A DNA stretch of 64,000 nt from a virus. The DNA lies in IMG/VR virus record IMGVR_UViG_3300021560_000013, positions 1 through 64,000 of that record; one strand, 5' to 3'. This document shows, piece by piece, positions 36,693 to 47,869 of this stretch. The first letter of the stretch is position 1. The number at the start of each line of letters is the position of its first letter. Below the pieces are notes generated by a model that saw only the letters and a list, made by a program, of their open reading frames with translations, did no database searches and was not told the origin of the DNA. The position numbers and the translations under genes were made by a program.

Positions 36693-38233
36693 CCACGAAG
36701 ATCCCCGCCCGCCAGCGCCACGAGGAGATCAAGTTCGAGAACATGGTCATCAGCCAGGACGAGCAGACGATCTCGACGCCGGACATCTGGAAGACGCGGA
36801 TCCGGGTCGTGGCCCGCACCGCCGACGGCAACATCGACATCTCGGGCATGTGCGACGGGCTGTCCTGGTCAGACCAGTCATCGGACAGCCTCGCGAACAT
36901 CAACGTGCAGGCGGCGATGAGCGGCTCGATCACGCTGAAGAAGCCAGCGCTGCGCAACTACAGGAACCTGGCATCTGTGTTCTCGGCGCGAGTCGTGAAG
37001 GGCGTCGATCGCTGGGGCGCGCTCGGCGTGGTGATTGTCGCCCAGGTCGGGTACGGCAAGAAGTACACGAGCATCTGGGCGATGCGGGTCACGCCCGGCT
37101 ACGGCTCCAGCACCTCGGAGTCGATCTCGCTGGCGTCCGGCGACTGGACGCTGAACCTCACCGACGACCTGTGGACGATCGCCCAGACCGTGGCCGACTT
37201 CAAGTACACGAAGGGCAAGGTGATCCGCAAGAACGGGTGGCGCTGCGACCAGATTGCCCATGACGTGTGCCAGCGCTACCGCATCCCGGTGCGGACGCTG
37301 TCGCAGGGCACGACGTTTTTCGCGCTCGCCGCGTCCGACACGGCGCTGAAGTCGCCGGTGGACGTGATCACCGCCGCCTACAACGAGGAGACGAAGCGGA
37401 CCGGACGGACGTTCATCGTCCGCTGGGGCGCGCCGGACGCCAAGCACCCGTTCGGGGCGCTGGAGGTGATCCCGATGCGCCGCAACCGCAACCTGTACAG
37501 GCTGCGCCAGCAGCTGCTCGACGCGACACTGACGCGCTCCCAGCAGACCGGGTTCGCGACGATCATCCTGGCGCGCGGCCAGATCAAGCAGCGCAAGGGC
37601 AAGACCCGGAAGGTGACCGCCACCGTCCGCTCGGACCCCGCGATCCACCGCTTCGGCTTCGTGCGCAAGACGATCGACTTCGGCACGGTCAACTCCGAGA
37701 CGGAGCTTCGGATCATGGCGCAGCGCTCGCTTGCGCAGCGCCTGACGCCGATCCGCACCGCCGAGTTGAACCATCCCGGCATCGCGTCGATCCGCCGGGG
37801 CGACGCGGTCCACATCAACATCCCCGAGGAGGGCTACTCCGACGCGATCCTGACCGCGCTGCAGACGCCGTCGCAGAAGCACAAGCCGAAGTACCTGGTG
37901 GCCGCGCTGCAAGCCGCTGAGAAGGCGGACCCGTCGCTGTACGGGCTGCCGGACCCGACGGCAGCTGCGGCGGCAGCCAGCCAGAGCACGAGCACAACGC
38001 CAGCTGCGGACGCGAACACCCCGGCGATCACACCCGTCGCCAACCAGGGCATCGCGTTCGTGACCAGCGCGTCGCACTCGGTGTCGAGCGGCTCGTACAC
38101 GATGGACCTGTCCACGCAGTTCATCGACGTGCTCGACCCACGCGAGATCCGCGCCGAGGTGGACAAGACGATCCGCGACTGGAAGAAGGCCAACCCGCCG
38201 TCGTCGGCCAAGAAGAAGGCGAAGAAGAAGTAG
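36689..38233 (+). CDS. Baseplate hub (XkdQ-like)
   Basis: GTGA coupling; GIASIRRGDAV; HSVSSGSYTMDL. Confidence 0.7.
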   Translation: MTTKIPARQRHEEIKFENMVISQDEQTISTPDIWKTRIRVVARTADGNIDISGMCDGLSWSDQSSDSLANINVQAAMSGSITLKKPALRNYRNLASVFSARVVKGVDRWGALGVVIVAQVGYGKKYTSIWAMRVTPGYGSSTSESISLASGDWTLNLTDDLWTIAQTVADFKYTKGKVIRKNGWRCDQIAHDVCQRYRIPVRTLSQGTTFFALAASDTALKSPVDVITAAYNEETKRTGRTFIVRWGAPDAKHPFGALEVIPMRRNRNLYRLRQQLLDATLTRSQQTGFATIILARGQIKQRKGKTRKVTATVRSDPAIHRFGFVRKTIDFGTVNSETELRIMAQRSLAQRLTPIRTAELNHPGIASIRRGDAVHINIPEEGYSDAILTALQTPSQKHKPKYLVAALQAAEKADPSLYGLPDPTAAAAAASQSTSTTPAADANTPAITPVANQGIAFVTSASHSVSSGSYTMDLSTQFIDVLDPREIRAEVDKTIRDWKKANPPSSAKKKAKKK

Positions 38234-38581
38234 ATGCTCGACCCGGAGCCCGCAGTCCTCGACGGTCGCCAGTGCTTCCTCGACGCCCAGGCCGCGTACG
38301 CCGGGCAGGTCGTGCCGCTCGGCTTCTTCACCTGCTCCTGGTACGGCACGGCGGTCCAGGACGAGCGCGGCAGCTTCGCGGTCGTGGACCCGAACATGGG
38401 GCTCGCGGACGCGGTCGGTGAGGTGGTCCAGATCGCCTACGAGCGCCGGACGGTGAACGTGTACGTGCTCGGCTCCCAGGCCGGGCTCGGGACCGACATC
38501 GGCGTCACCCGGCGCTCCTACATGGCGTTCGCGCTGCTCGCGGACGAGCCGATCACCGTGACGGTCGGAGCGGTCTCGTGA
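38234..38581 (+). CDS. Hypothetical baseplate-region protein
   Basis: ORF track. Confidence 0.65.
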   Translation: MLDPEPAVLDGRQCFLDAQAAYAGQVVPLGFFTCSWYGTAVQDERGSFAVVDPNMGLADAVGEVVQIAYERRTVNVYVLGSQAGLGTDIGVTRRSYMAFALLADEPITVTVGAVS

Positions 38582-39588
38582 GCGGACGCCTCGCGGTTCA
38601 GGACGCGCTCGACAAGCACGCCAAGCGCGTGGTCGATCGCCACCGCGCGGTGCGCCGGGGCACGGTCGTTGATCTGACGCCGCTGACGGTGGACGTGAAC
38701 GACTTCGATCACCCGCTGACCTACCAGGACGACTTCGAGATGTCGCAGTGGATGGTCGCCTACAACCAGGGCACGAAGCTCCGGGTGGGCGACACGGTCC
38801 TGCTGCACCAGGAGGAGCACGAGTGGGTCCTGGTCGATGTCATCTCTGACGCCACGGTCGGCAGCCTCGGGGCGGGCGCGGCGGCAGCTGCTGTCGCTGG
38901 TACCACCCAGGCGGGAGTGGTCGCAGCGCGAGCCTGGCGCTCGGCACCGTGGAACCCCGCATCGGGCTGGCAGATCATCCCCGTGGACACTTCCGAGTAC
39001 GACAGCGCCAGCAACCTGAACCTGGCGCAGAACGCCTTCGTCGTCACCGTCGCGGGCTACTACCAGGTCTCAGTCGGCGCGTGCGTGCAGAACTCCGCGT
39101 CGGCCTTCAACGCGCAGGTGGGGGTGACGGTCAACGGCAGCCTCACGCATGCGCTCGAAGGCGCGCCCAACGTCGCCGGGCAGTCGATGTACCCGACGAT
39201 GGCAGCCACAGACATCGTGCGCTGCGTCGCGGGAGACAGGATCCAGGGGTACTTCTGGGCGAGCGCTACGCCACCGGCGATGGCACAGGCGCAGTCGAAC
39301 TTCCTCGCGGTGGCGCTCATCACTGTCGGCGCGGGACCGCAGGGACCGCCCGGCCCGGTCGGCCCGCCCGGCACGCTCCCGCCGGGCTCGGGCGACCAGA
39401 ACTACGTGTTCACCCAGGTGAGCGGCGCGGTCACCTGGAGCATCGCGCACAACCTCGCGAAGTACCCGTCGGTGTCAATCGTGGACAGTGCCAACAACCT
39501 GCTGGTGGCCGACGTGCAGTACATCGACCTGAACAACCTGACCGTTTCCTTTGCCAACGCGACTGCGGGGAAGGCGTACATGAACTGA
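38578..39588 (+). CDS. Baseplate spike-like N-terminal domain fused to a C1q-like domain and short collagen stretch
   Basis: GTVVDLTPLTV...LRVGDTVLL; AGYYQV...GDRI; GPQGPPGP; WSIAHNL. Confidence 0.65.
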   Translation: MSGRLAVQDALDKHAKRVVDRHRAVRRGTVVDLTPLTVDVNDFDHPLTYQDDFEMSQWMVAYNQGTKLRVGDTVLLHQEEHEWVLVDVISDATVGSLGAGAAAAAVAGTTQAGVVAARAWRSAPWNPASGWQIIPVDTSEYDSASNLNLAQNAFVVTVAGYYQVSVGACVQNSASAFNAQVGVTVNGSLTHALEGAPNVAGQSMYPTMAATDIVRCVAGDRIQGYFWASATPPAMAQAQSNFLAVALITVGAGPQGPPGPVGPPGTLPPGSGDQNYVFTQVSGAVTWSIAHNLAKYPSVSIVDSANNLLVADVQYIDLNNLTVSFANATAGKAYMN

Positions 39589-41435
39589 TGCCAAAGCTCG
39601 GCTCACATCTCGACTTCTCGCAGCTGGAAGCGCGCAACATGACGATCCAGAACTCGGCTGCGCCCAGCGCGCCGGTGAAGGGTCAGATCTACTACGACAC
39701 GGCGTCGAACACGCTGCTGTGGTGGAACGGCACCGCGTGGATCTCGGCGGTCGGCGGCATCTACGCGGACGCCACCGCGTCGAGCAAGGGCATCGTGCAG
39801 CTGGCCGGGGACCTGTCCGGATCAGCCGCCGCACCGGTCATCGCGACAGGCGCGATCACCTCCGCGAAGATCGCGGACGGCACGATCACCGACGTAGACG
39901 TGGCGGCGGCGAACAAGGACGGCGCGGTCGGCACGTACTCGATGCGCACCCTCGGGCTCGGCGCGGCGCAGGCGATGCCCGGCAACACGCGCCAGGACCA
40001 GATCGCCCTGCCGACCGCTCCGATGAACAACAACAGCCAGCGCTACACGGCGATAGCCGACCCGACCGCTGCGCAGGACGCTGCCACGAAGAACTACGTG
40101 GACACGCTCGGGTCCGCGAACCTCTCGTGGAAGCAGGAAGTCCGCGTGGTCGCTTACGGCGTGAACCTCACCCAGTCGGGCACGCAGACCGTGGACGGTG
40201 TCACGCTCGCCGTTGGGGACCGGGTGCTGTGCGTGGCGCAGACGACCGCCAACCAGAACGGCATCTGGATCGTGCAGTCGGGCGCGTGGACGCGAGCGCC
40301 GGACATGAACACCTGGACGCAGACGCTCGGCGCGATCGTCCCGACGAGCCAGCAGGGCACAAGCTGGTACGGGTCAATCTGGCGCTCGAACGCCTTCGAG
40401 GGTGGCACGATCGGCACCACGAACCTGTCGTTCACTGCCATCCCGAGCGCCATCGGCTTCGGCGGCACCACGCCCGGTTACGTGATGGCGGGCAACGCCA
40501 CGCTGGCGACCATTGGGTCATCGAGCCAGGCCCAAGGGGATGTCTACATCAACAACCACAAGGTCACCGGCCTGCTCGACCCGACTGTCTCCTCCGACGC
40601 GGCTACCAAGAACTACGTTGACAACGCGACGCAGGGACTGAACGCCAAGGCCGCTGTCGTGTGCGCCACGACCGCCAACATCACCCTGTCGGGTCTGCAG
40701 GCGATCGACGGCTACACGACGCTCGCGAACGACCGTGTGCTGGTGAAGAACCAGACGACGGCGAGCCAGAACGGCATCTACGTTGCAGCGTCCGGCGCGT
40801 GGACACGTTCGCTGGACAATGACACCTGGGCTGAGATGCCTGGCGCGTACGTGTGGGTCGAGGTGGGTACCGCGAACGCCGACTCGGGCTGGCTCTGCAC
40901 CAATGATCCGGGCGGCACGCTGAACACTACAAACGTGACCTGGGTGCAGTTCTCGGGCGCGGGCCAGATCACCGCCGGGACCGGCCTGACCAAGTCAGGG
41001 AACACGCTCACCGTGGCAGTGGACGGCGCGACGATCGGCTTCTCCGGGAACAACCTGACGATCCCAGCGGGCGGGGTAGGTGCCGCGCAGCTTGCCAGCG
41101 GCGCGGTCGTGCTGAGCGGTGCGGACGTGACCGGCACGCTTCCCATCGTCAACGGCGGCACAGGCCAGACCACTGCGAAGGCAGCGCGCGAGACAGGGCT
41201 CAGCGCAGCAGGCTTCTACACCAATAGCGCCACGCACGGCGCGGGCGCGACGATCACGATCCCGCAGGCGACGCATCTGCTGCGCGCGGCGCGCGACCTG
41301 CACGTCCAGGTGCTCGACGCCACCAGCGGCAACGTCGAGCTACCCGACATCGCGGTCGCCGCCAACGGGGACGTGACCGTCACCTATGCGGTGTCCGTCG
41401 CCGCCAACTCGAAGTACGTGACGGTGGTCGGCTGA
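39588..41435 (+). CDS. Tail fibre-like protein
   Basis: DAATKNYVD x2; DGVTLAVGDRVL...QNGIW repeat x2. Confidence 0.75.
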   Translation: MPKLGSHLDFSQLEARNMTIQNSAAPSAPVKGQIYYDTASNTLLWWNGTAWISAVGGIYADATASSKGIVQLAGDLSGSAAAPVIATGAITSAKIADGTITDVDVAAANKDGAVGTYSMRTLGLGAAQAMPGNTRQDQIALPTAPMNNNSQRYTAIADPTAAQDAATKNYVDTLGSANLSWKQEVRVVAYGVNLTQSGTQTVDGVTLAVGDRVLCVAQTTANQNGIWIVQSGAWTRAPDMNTWTQTLGAIVPTSQQGTSWYGSIWRSNAFEGGTIGTTNLSFTAIPSAIGFGGTTPGYVMAGNATLATIGSSSQAQGDVYINNHKVTGLLDPTVSSDAATKNYVDNATQGLNAKAAVVCATTANITLSGLQAIDGYTTLANDRVLVKNQTTASQNGIYVAASGAWTRSLDNDTWAEMPGAYVWVEVGTANADSGWLCTNDPGGTLNTTNVTWVQFSGAGQITAGTGLTKSGNTLTVAVDGATIGFSGNNLTIPAGGVGAAQLASGAVVLSGADVTGTLPIVNGGTGQTTAKAARETGLSAAGFYTNSATHGAGATITIPQATHLLRAARDLHVQVLDATSGNVELPDIAVAANGDVTVTYAVSVAANSKYVTVVG

Positions 41436-44400
41436 TGTCGCCCGCGATCACCGGCACGCTTGTTCCGCCGGTCCTGCCGAGCGCTCCTTCCGCTCCGACG
41501 CAGGGCCAGATGTACTACGACTCGACCGCGAACATCCTGTACTTCTGGAACGGGACGCAGTGGGTCTCGACGCAGTCCACCACGGGCACGATCTACGACT
41601 CCGACCAGGTGGGCGTGGTCAAGTCGTGGAGCGGCCAAACCATCCCGACGAACTGGATGCTGGCCGATGGCCGCGCCCTGCTGCGGGCAAGCTACCCGGA
41701 CCTGTTCAACGCGCTCGTGATTACCGGCACCGGAACGGCCACGTCGGGGAACGCGACCGTGACGGGCGTGACCCCGAGTGTAATTACCGAGCTACAGCAG
41801 ATGGGAGCGGCCACGTCCGGGCTCGCGATCCCCGTGGACGGCACGTATGTTCCGGCTGGCGCGACGATCACCGCCTACCAGGTCTCGCCGCCGACGGTGA
41901 CGCTGAGTGCGAACGCGAACGGCTCCGGATCCACGACGTTCAACATCGCCCCCTGGGGGAACGGGGACGGGAGCACCACGTTCCGGATCCCGGACCTGCG
42001 CTCCCGGATGCTGATCGGCGCGAACTACCAGGGCGCTCCCGCGCTCGGCAGCGACGCGCAGATCACCGGGGGAGCCCAGGCGCTGGTCAGCCGCATCCTC
42101 GCGAGCACCGGCGGCGAGCAGTCACACCTGCTTGTGGCCGCTGAGGGTGCGCAGAACGGCAACGCCACGACCGTCGCCACGAACACCGGCTACGCCGACA
42201 CGAACCACTACCACATCTTCAACGTCAACTCGGGCAACCAGTCCGCGAACCACAACCACTACCTGTCGCTCAGCGGGAACAACGTGCCGGTCACCCAGTC
42301 CGGCGGTCAGGGCGCGGCGGTCCTGGGCGGCGGCTCCTACGTGAACGCCGAGACCCAGGGGCACGGGCACAACATCAACAGCAATACCGACTGGCAGTCC
42401 AATTCCTACAACAACTCGAACCACTACCACGCGCAGAACGCGCAGAGCATCAACGCGCGCAACGCCGACAACGCGCACAACAACCTCCCGCCCTGGTGCG
42501 CCATCGCCCTGATCATCAAGGTGGCCGGGACGCAGATCAACTCGGGCGGCGCGCTTCAGGGCGCGACCGGCGTGCGCGGCTCGAACTGGAGCATGTACGT
42601 CGGTGCGGGCACCCCGCCAGCGGGCACGTTCGCCTCGGAGCTTGACGGCGACTGGTGCTTCCGCCAGAGCGACGGCGAGGTGTTCAAGCGCGTCTCCGGA
42701 GCGTGGGTCGATCAGGGCTACGTGATGAAGCAGTCCGGCCTGCCGGTTGTCGCGAAGTCCCGGCGCGGCTCTGCGGTGAGCCTCGCCGTCGGGTGGAACA
42801 AGATCCCGATGGACACGCTCGTGTTCGCCAGCCCTGGAGCCAGCGGGGTGGTGGACACGGCGAACGGGCGCATGGTCATCCAGACGGCGGGCTACTACCA
42901 GGTCAGCGCTCAGCTGGGCGAGTTCCCCACCGGCGAGATCCTGATCGACATCGTCGTCAACGGCGGGCTTGACGTTGCCACGGGCTTTCGCGGCACTCGT
43001 ACGGGAGGCGGCTCACAGCAGAACGCCGTGGCATCGGGGGCGATGCAATTCGCCGTGAACGACACGATTGAGGTGTACCTGTACTGCGGTACTGCCCAGT
43101 CGCTGAGTTGCTTCAACGGCGGGGTGTCATGGCTGACGATCGCGTCGATCACGAGCGGGCCGGGACCGCAGGGCGCTCGGGGCTCGAACTGGTACACGTA
43201 CACGGGCGCGGGGACGCCTCCCGCCGGGACGTTCCTGAACGAGCTTGACCGGGACATGGCCGTCCGCACGTCCGACGGCGAGGTGTTCTGCCGCATCAGC
43301 GGAGCGTGGACCGATCAGGGCTGGGCGATGCAGATCGGCCAGGTGACGATGGACACCTGGCACCTGATCGGTGCGTCAGGTCAGCCCACGTTCGTGAGCG
43401 GCTGGACGAACTACGGCGGCGGCTACAACCCCGGCGGCTACCGGAAGTTCCCCGACGGCAAGGTCAAGTTGAAGGGCCTGATCAGCGCTTCGTCCGCCCA
43501 GTCCGCTGGCGCGGTGATATTCACGCTGCCAGCGGGCTATCGACCGCCAGCCCGCCAGCTGAAGGAGTGCGAGACGAGCGGGACGAATGGAGCCCGTATC
43601 GACATTCTCACCGACGGATCCGTCTCGCCGCAGGTGGCGCAGGGCGCGGGCGCTTGGGTCAGCCTCGATGACCTTGAGTTCGACACCGAGTCGGTCACGG
43701 TCATGTCCGCCGGGTCGCAAGGTCCGCGCGGCGCAGGCTGGTACTCCTACACCGGCTCGGGCACCCCGGCGTCCAACGCGATCCCGAACACGCAGAACGG
43801 CGACTTCTGCATCCGCGCGTCGGACGGCGAGGTGTTCCAGATGGTCAGCGGGGCGTGGGTTGATCAGGGCTACGCGATCAAGGGCTCGGGCGGCGGCGGT
43901 GGTGGTGGCGGCGCGGCTACGGCGGTGGCCTGCCGCATGTATCGCAATGCGGCATTGACGCTGGCGAGCGGGGCGACGTGGACGCGGATTCCGCTCGACA
44001 CGATCAGCTTCGACACGTCGAACATGGCGAGCGTCGCCAACGGGCGCATCCAGATCCCGCAGGGCGGCTACTACCAGGTGAACGCCGAGGTGCTGTTCAC
44101 CGTGAGCGGCACCGGCACATACACAAGCTGCGCGGTGGGGATCTACAAGAACGGCTCGCTCGTCATCGAGAACTACGCGATCCCCGCCATCCAGACGTAC
44201 GGCTCGGCTTCCGTCTCGGACATTCTCCAATGCAGCGCGGGCGACTACATCGAGCTATATGCGATCAACTCGCAGGGCACGGCCCTGTACACCAACACGG
44301 TCGTCAACGCCCTGTCGGTCTCGCAGGTCGCCTCGGCCAACCTGACGACCGCCCCGGTCACCCCGGCACGGGCGTACCGGGGTACCACGCTGACTCCTGC

Positions 44401-47400
44401 TGCTGGATGGAACAAGCTCACGGTTGACACGATCGGGACCGATCCGGGCGCGAACTTCACACTCGCAACTGGGCGCTACGTCTGTCCAGCCAGCGGCTGG
44501 TACCAGGTCAACGCACACGTCGAGTGGATCAACGCAACGTCGGGGCAGCTATACGGTGCTGGCGTCTACAAGAACGGCGCGAGCGTCGCCTTCAGTACGA
44601 CGCCGGGCACCGGCATCGAACTGGGCACTGGCACGAGTGACGTGATCCAGTGCAATGCGGGTGACTACCTCGAACTGTGGAGCTACAGCGGGAACGGCAC
44701 GATCGCCGTCGGCACGGCGGTAGCCAACACGTACCTGTCGGTCTCCCAGGTCGGGAACGTCTCTAGCGTCTCCGCGCCGACGAGCACGATGGCGGCGCGC
44801 GGGTACCGCAACGCCGCGCTCAGCCTCAGCACCGGGAGCAACAAGGTCCCGCTCGACACTGTCAGCTACGACACCAGCGGGCTGCTACAGACCGCCAATG
44901 GGCGGATCGTCTGTCCGGTCGCAGGGCTCTACCAGGTCAACGGGAGCGTCTACCCGAGCGTTGCGAACGCGACAATCGAGTGCCAGATCTGGAAGAACGG
45001 CGTGCAGGTGCTGTCAGGCAGCCAGGTGCAGGCGGTCGCAGCGGGCGGCTCGCTCGTCCAGGCGAACGACATCATCCAGTGCAACGCCGGTGACTACCTT
45101 GAGCTTTACGCGTACACGAGCGTCGCCGGGCCGCTGAGCGTCGGCACCCAGAACCTGAACTTCCTCTCGGTTGCGCTGATTTCCTCGCTGCCGGGGACGG
45201 CTGGGCCGGTCACGCCAGCGCGGGCGTACCGGAACGCGGCGTTCTCGGTTACCGCTTCAGGCATCACGAAGATCCCGCTGGACGCCGTCCAGTACGACCC
45301 CGGAGGGAACGTCAACACGGCGCAGGGGCGCTACAACGTACCGGCCACAGGCACGTACGCGATCAGTGCGCGCGTCATCATGCAGGCACCAGCCTCAAGC
45401 ACTGACATGACGGCTGAGCCGGTCATCCTCGTCAACGGCGCAACGCGGAGTTCTGGGGGCGGCGCGTCGCGCGTGGACAACAGCCAGTACGTGCGGATGA
45501 CCCACAGCGACATCCTCTCCCTGAACGCGGGGGACTACGTCGAACTGGGGGTGTACTCAAGCGCGGCGATCACCTACACCTGTTATGTCGGCCAGACGGG
45601 CGAGGCGAACTCGCTGTCGATCGCCCAGGTCGGGAACCTGTCGAGCGTCAGCGCTCCGACGAGCACGATGGCGGCGCGAGCTTATAGGAATGCCGCGCTC
45701 ACGCTGACCGCAGGTGCCACACAGAAGATCCCTCTCGACACCGCGAGCTTCGATACGTCGGGGATGGTCAGCACAGCCAATGGGCGGATCAACATCTCCC
45801 AGGCGGGCTACTACGATCTCCAAGCGTCAGCCGGAATATCTGGCGGCACTGCATCGGCAGATGGTCTATTCCAGGTGCAGATCTGGGTCAATGGGGCTGC
45901 TCGGGTCGAGGGCAATCGCAACACTCGGCTGGACCAGTTCGGTGCGGCGCTGAGTATGGCCTCCGACACGATGTCGTTGAACGCGGGGGATTATGTCGAG
46001 CTTTACTGCTATGCCACCAGCGCGTGGGCTGTGCAGGTAGGCGCGGTCCGCAACTACCTCTCACTCTCGCTGGTCTCCTCGCTCCCTGGGGCGGTCGGGC
46101 CGACGACCCCGGCGCGGATGCACAAGGCCGGGTTCACTTCCCCGGCAGCCAGCGCGCAGGTCATGCCGTTTGACGTTCTCGATTACGACCCCGGCGGGAA
46201 CATCAACCTCGCCACCTACCGGTACACCTGCCCGGCGACCGGCTACTACCAAGTGGACTGGACTCTCAACTCGGGGGTTGGGCCTGCGGGCACGAACATC
46301 ACCATGTACGCGTCGATCTACAAGAACGGCGCAGGCTACGGCACGATCAGCCGCGCCACCGAGACCAGCACTGACGGCTGGGCCTCTGTCGGCGGCTCGG
46401 ACCTGATCCCGTGCAACGCCGGGGACTACCTTCAGCTTTACTACTACACCTCGGGCGCGTGGAATAACACGAGCGCGCAGTTCGCCGTCGCCCAGGTCGG
46501 CAATCAGATGGCGATCCCCGCGAGCACCGTGTGCGCACGCGGGTATCGCAACGCTGCGTTCAGCCTCAGCGGCCCCGGCTGGACGAAGGTGCCGATCGAC
46601 ACCGCCGCCTTCGACACGAGCGGCGCGGTGCAGGCCGCGAATGGTCGGCTGGTCGCTCCCGTCGCGGGCTACTACCAGGTCCAGGCGGACGTGGCGCTGA
46701 ACGCCACGTCCTCCTTGACCTTCAGCCTGCTGATCTCGCTCTACAAGAACGGTGCCGAGGTGTCACGCGGCACCGAGTCGAATATCTCCATGAACGCGAC
46801 CAACGGGCGCGGGCAGAACGTCACCGACATCGTCTACTGCAACGCCGGTGACTACTTGGAGATGTACGTCTACAACAGCTACGGCTCACTTGCGCTGAGC
46901 GTCGGTAGCCCCTTGTACAACTACCTGTCGATGGCGCTGCTCACGCCGCTGTCGGGCACGGCGGGGCCGACGAGTGCCGCGAGGGCGTACCGCAACGCTG
47001 CGTACACGCTGCCAGCGAATGGCTGGCAGAAGATCCCGATCGACACGAAAGACTTCGATCCGGGCAACAACATCAGCACGTCAGCGAATCGCTACACGGC
47101 TCCCGCCACCGGCTACTACCAGGTGAACGGGGAGGTGGCGCTCGGTCCGACGACCGGGAACATCAGCGTGATGGTCCACTCGGCCATTTACGTCAACGGC
47201 ACCTACGTGCGCAGCGGCACGGTCGTATCCAACTCCGACAACAACGGCTACATGCGCGCGGGCGTGGCCGACATCCTCTCGCTGAACGCCGGGGACTACG
47301 TCGAGCTTTGGTGCTACTCGCTGACCGCGTACGCGCTGCTTGTCGGCCCGAGCTACAACTACCTCAGCGTCACGCAGGTCGGCAACTCGATGCAGTTCAA

Positions 47401-47869
47401 GTCGGCGGGCGGCGACCTGACCGGCAACTACCCGACCCCCCAGCTAGCCCCGCCGCGCGGACGAACCCAGATCGGCGGCATGAGCGGGCTGGCGAACACG
47501 ACATCACTGGCGATGACCTTTGTCGGCACCCCAACCACCGGGAACGGGATGACGGTGAGCGGCAACGGCTTCAAGGTGCCGACAAAGGGCTACTACCGGG
47601 TGCAGGCGGTCGAGACGATCGCGTCGCTCACGCCTGCTGCCACTAGTTACATCCAACTCGGTTTCACGGTCAACGGAGCGAATGTGCCGAACCCAGGAAC
47701 GTTCACCACCGGTCTCACTGCCGCCGCCACGGGCTACCCATCAGTCACGGCATTCGAGCAGCTTTCCCTGAACGCGGGCGACGTGGTCGGCGTGACCTTC
47801 TACAACGGCTCGGGTGCCGCGACGAGCGGGAACGCGGGCATCTTCACGATTGAGTACATCGGACAGTGA
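41435..47869 (+). CDS. 2144-aa tail fibre: collar domain, His-rich segment and about 10 C1q-like domains
   Basis: IPTNWMLADG...YPDLF...GDGSTTFRIPDLR; repeated GYYQV...NAGDY(V/L)EL. Confidence 0.85.
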   Translation: MSPAITGTLVPPVLPSAPSAPTQGQMYYDSTANILYFWNGTQWVSTQSTTGTIYDSDQVGVVKSWSGQTIPTNWMLADGRALLRASYPDLFNALVITGTGTATSGNATVTGVTPSVITELQQMGAATSGLAIPVDGTYVPAGATITAYQVSPPTVTLSANANGSGSTTFNIAPWGNGDGSTTFRIPDLRSRMLIGANYQGAPALGSDAQITGGAQALVSRILASTGGEQSHLLVAAEGAQNGNATTVATNTGYADTNHYHIFNVNSGNQSANHNHYLSLSGNNVPVTQSGGQGAAVLGGGSYVNAETQGHGHNINSNTDWQSNSYNNSNHYHAQNAQSINARNADNAHNNLPPWCAIALIIKVAGTQINSGGALQGATGVRGSNWSMYVGAGTPPAGTFASELDGDWCFRQSDGEVFKRVSGAWVDQGYVMKQSGLPVVAKSRRGSAVSLAVGWNKIPMDTLVFASPGASGVVDTANGRMVIQTAGYYQVSAQLGEFPTGEILIDIVVNGGLDVATGFRGTRTGGGSQQNAVASGAMQFAVNDTIEVYLYCGTAQSLSCFNGGVSWLTIASITSGPGPQGARGSNWYTYTGAGTPPAGTFLNELDRDMAVRTSDGEVFCRISGAWTDQGWAMQIGQVTMDTWHLIGASGQPTFVSGWTNYGGGYNPGGYRKFPDGKVKLKGLISASSAQSAGAVIFTLPAGYRPPARQLKECETSGTNGARIDILTDGSVSPQVAQGAGAWVSLDDLEFDTESVTVMSAGSQGPRGAGWYSYTGSGTPASNAIPNTQNGDFCIRASDGEVFQMVSGAWVDQGYAIKGSGGGGGGGGAATAVACRMYRNAALTLASGATWTRIPLDTISFDTSNMASVANGRIQIPQGGYYQVNAEVLFTVSGTGTYTSCAVGIYKNGSLVIENYAIPAIQTYGSASVSDILQCSAGDYIELYAINSQGTALYTNTVVNALSVSQVASANLTTAPVTPARAYRGTTLTPAAGWNKLTVDTIGTDPGANFTLATGRYVCPASGWYQVNAHVEWINATSGQLYGAGVYKNGASVAFSTTPGTGIELGTGTSDVIQCNAGDYLELWSYSGNGTIAVGTAVANTYLSVSQVGNVSSVSAPTSTMAARGYRNAALSLSTGSNKVPLDTVSYDTSGLLQTANGRIVCPVAGLYQVNGSVYPSVANATIECQIWKNGVQVLSGSQVQAVAAGGSLVQANDIIQCNAGDYLELYAYTSVAGPLSVGTQNLNFLSVALISSLPGTAGPVTPARAYRNAAFSVTASGITKIPLDAVQYDPGGNVNTAQGRYNVPATGTYAISARVIMQAPASSTDMTAEPVILVNGATRSSGGGASRVDNSQYVRMTHSDILSLNAGDYVELGVYSSAAITYTCYVGQTGEANSLSIAQVGNLSSVSAPTSTMAARAYRNAALTLTAGATQKIPLDTASFDTSGMVSTANGRINISQAGYYDLQASAGISGGTASADGLFQVQIWVNGAARVEGNRNTRLDQFGAALSMASDTMSLNAGDYVELYCYATSAWAVQVGAVRNYLSLSLVSSLPGAVGPTTPARMHKAGFTSPAASAQVMPFDVLDYDPGGNINLATYRYTCPATGYYQVDWTLNSGVGPAGTNITMYASIYKNGAGYGTISRATETSTDGWASVGGSDLIPCNAGDYLQLYYYTSGAWNNTSAQFAVAQVGNQMAIPASTVCARGYRNAAFSLSGPGWTKVPIDTAAFDTSGAVQAANGRLVAPVAGYYQVQADVALNATSSLTFSLLISLYKNGAEVSRGTESNISMNATNGRGQNVTDIVYCNAGDYLEMYVYNSYGSLALSVGSPLYNYLSMALLTPLSGTAGPTSAARAYRNAAYTLPANGWQKIPIDTKDFDPGNNISTSANRYTAPATGYYQVNGEVALGPTTGNISVMVHSAIYVNGTYVRSGTVVSNSDNNGYMRAGVADILSLNAGDYVELWCYSLTAYALLVGPSYNYLSVTQVGNSMQFKSAGGDLTGNYPTPQLAPPRGRTQIGGMSGLANTTSLAMTFVGTPTTGNGMTVSGNGFKVPTKGYYRVQAVETIASLTPAATSYIQLGFTVNGANVPNPGTFTTGLTAAATGYPSVTAFEQLSLNAGDVVGVTFYNGSGAATSGNAGIFTIEYIGQ

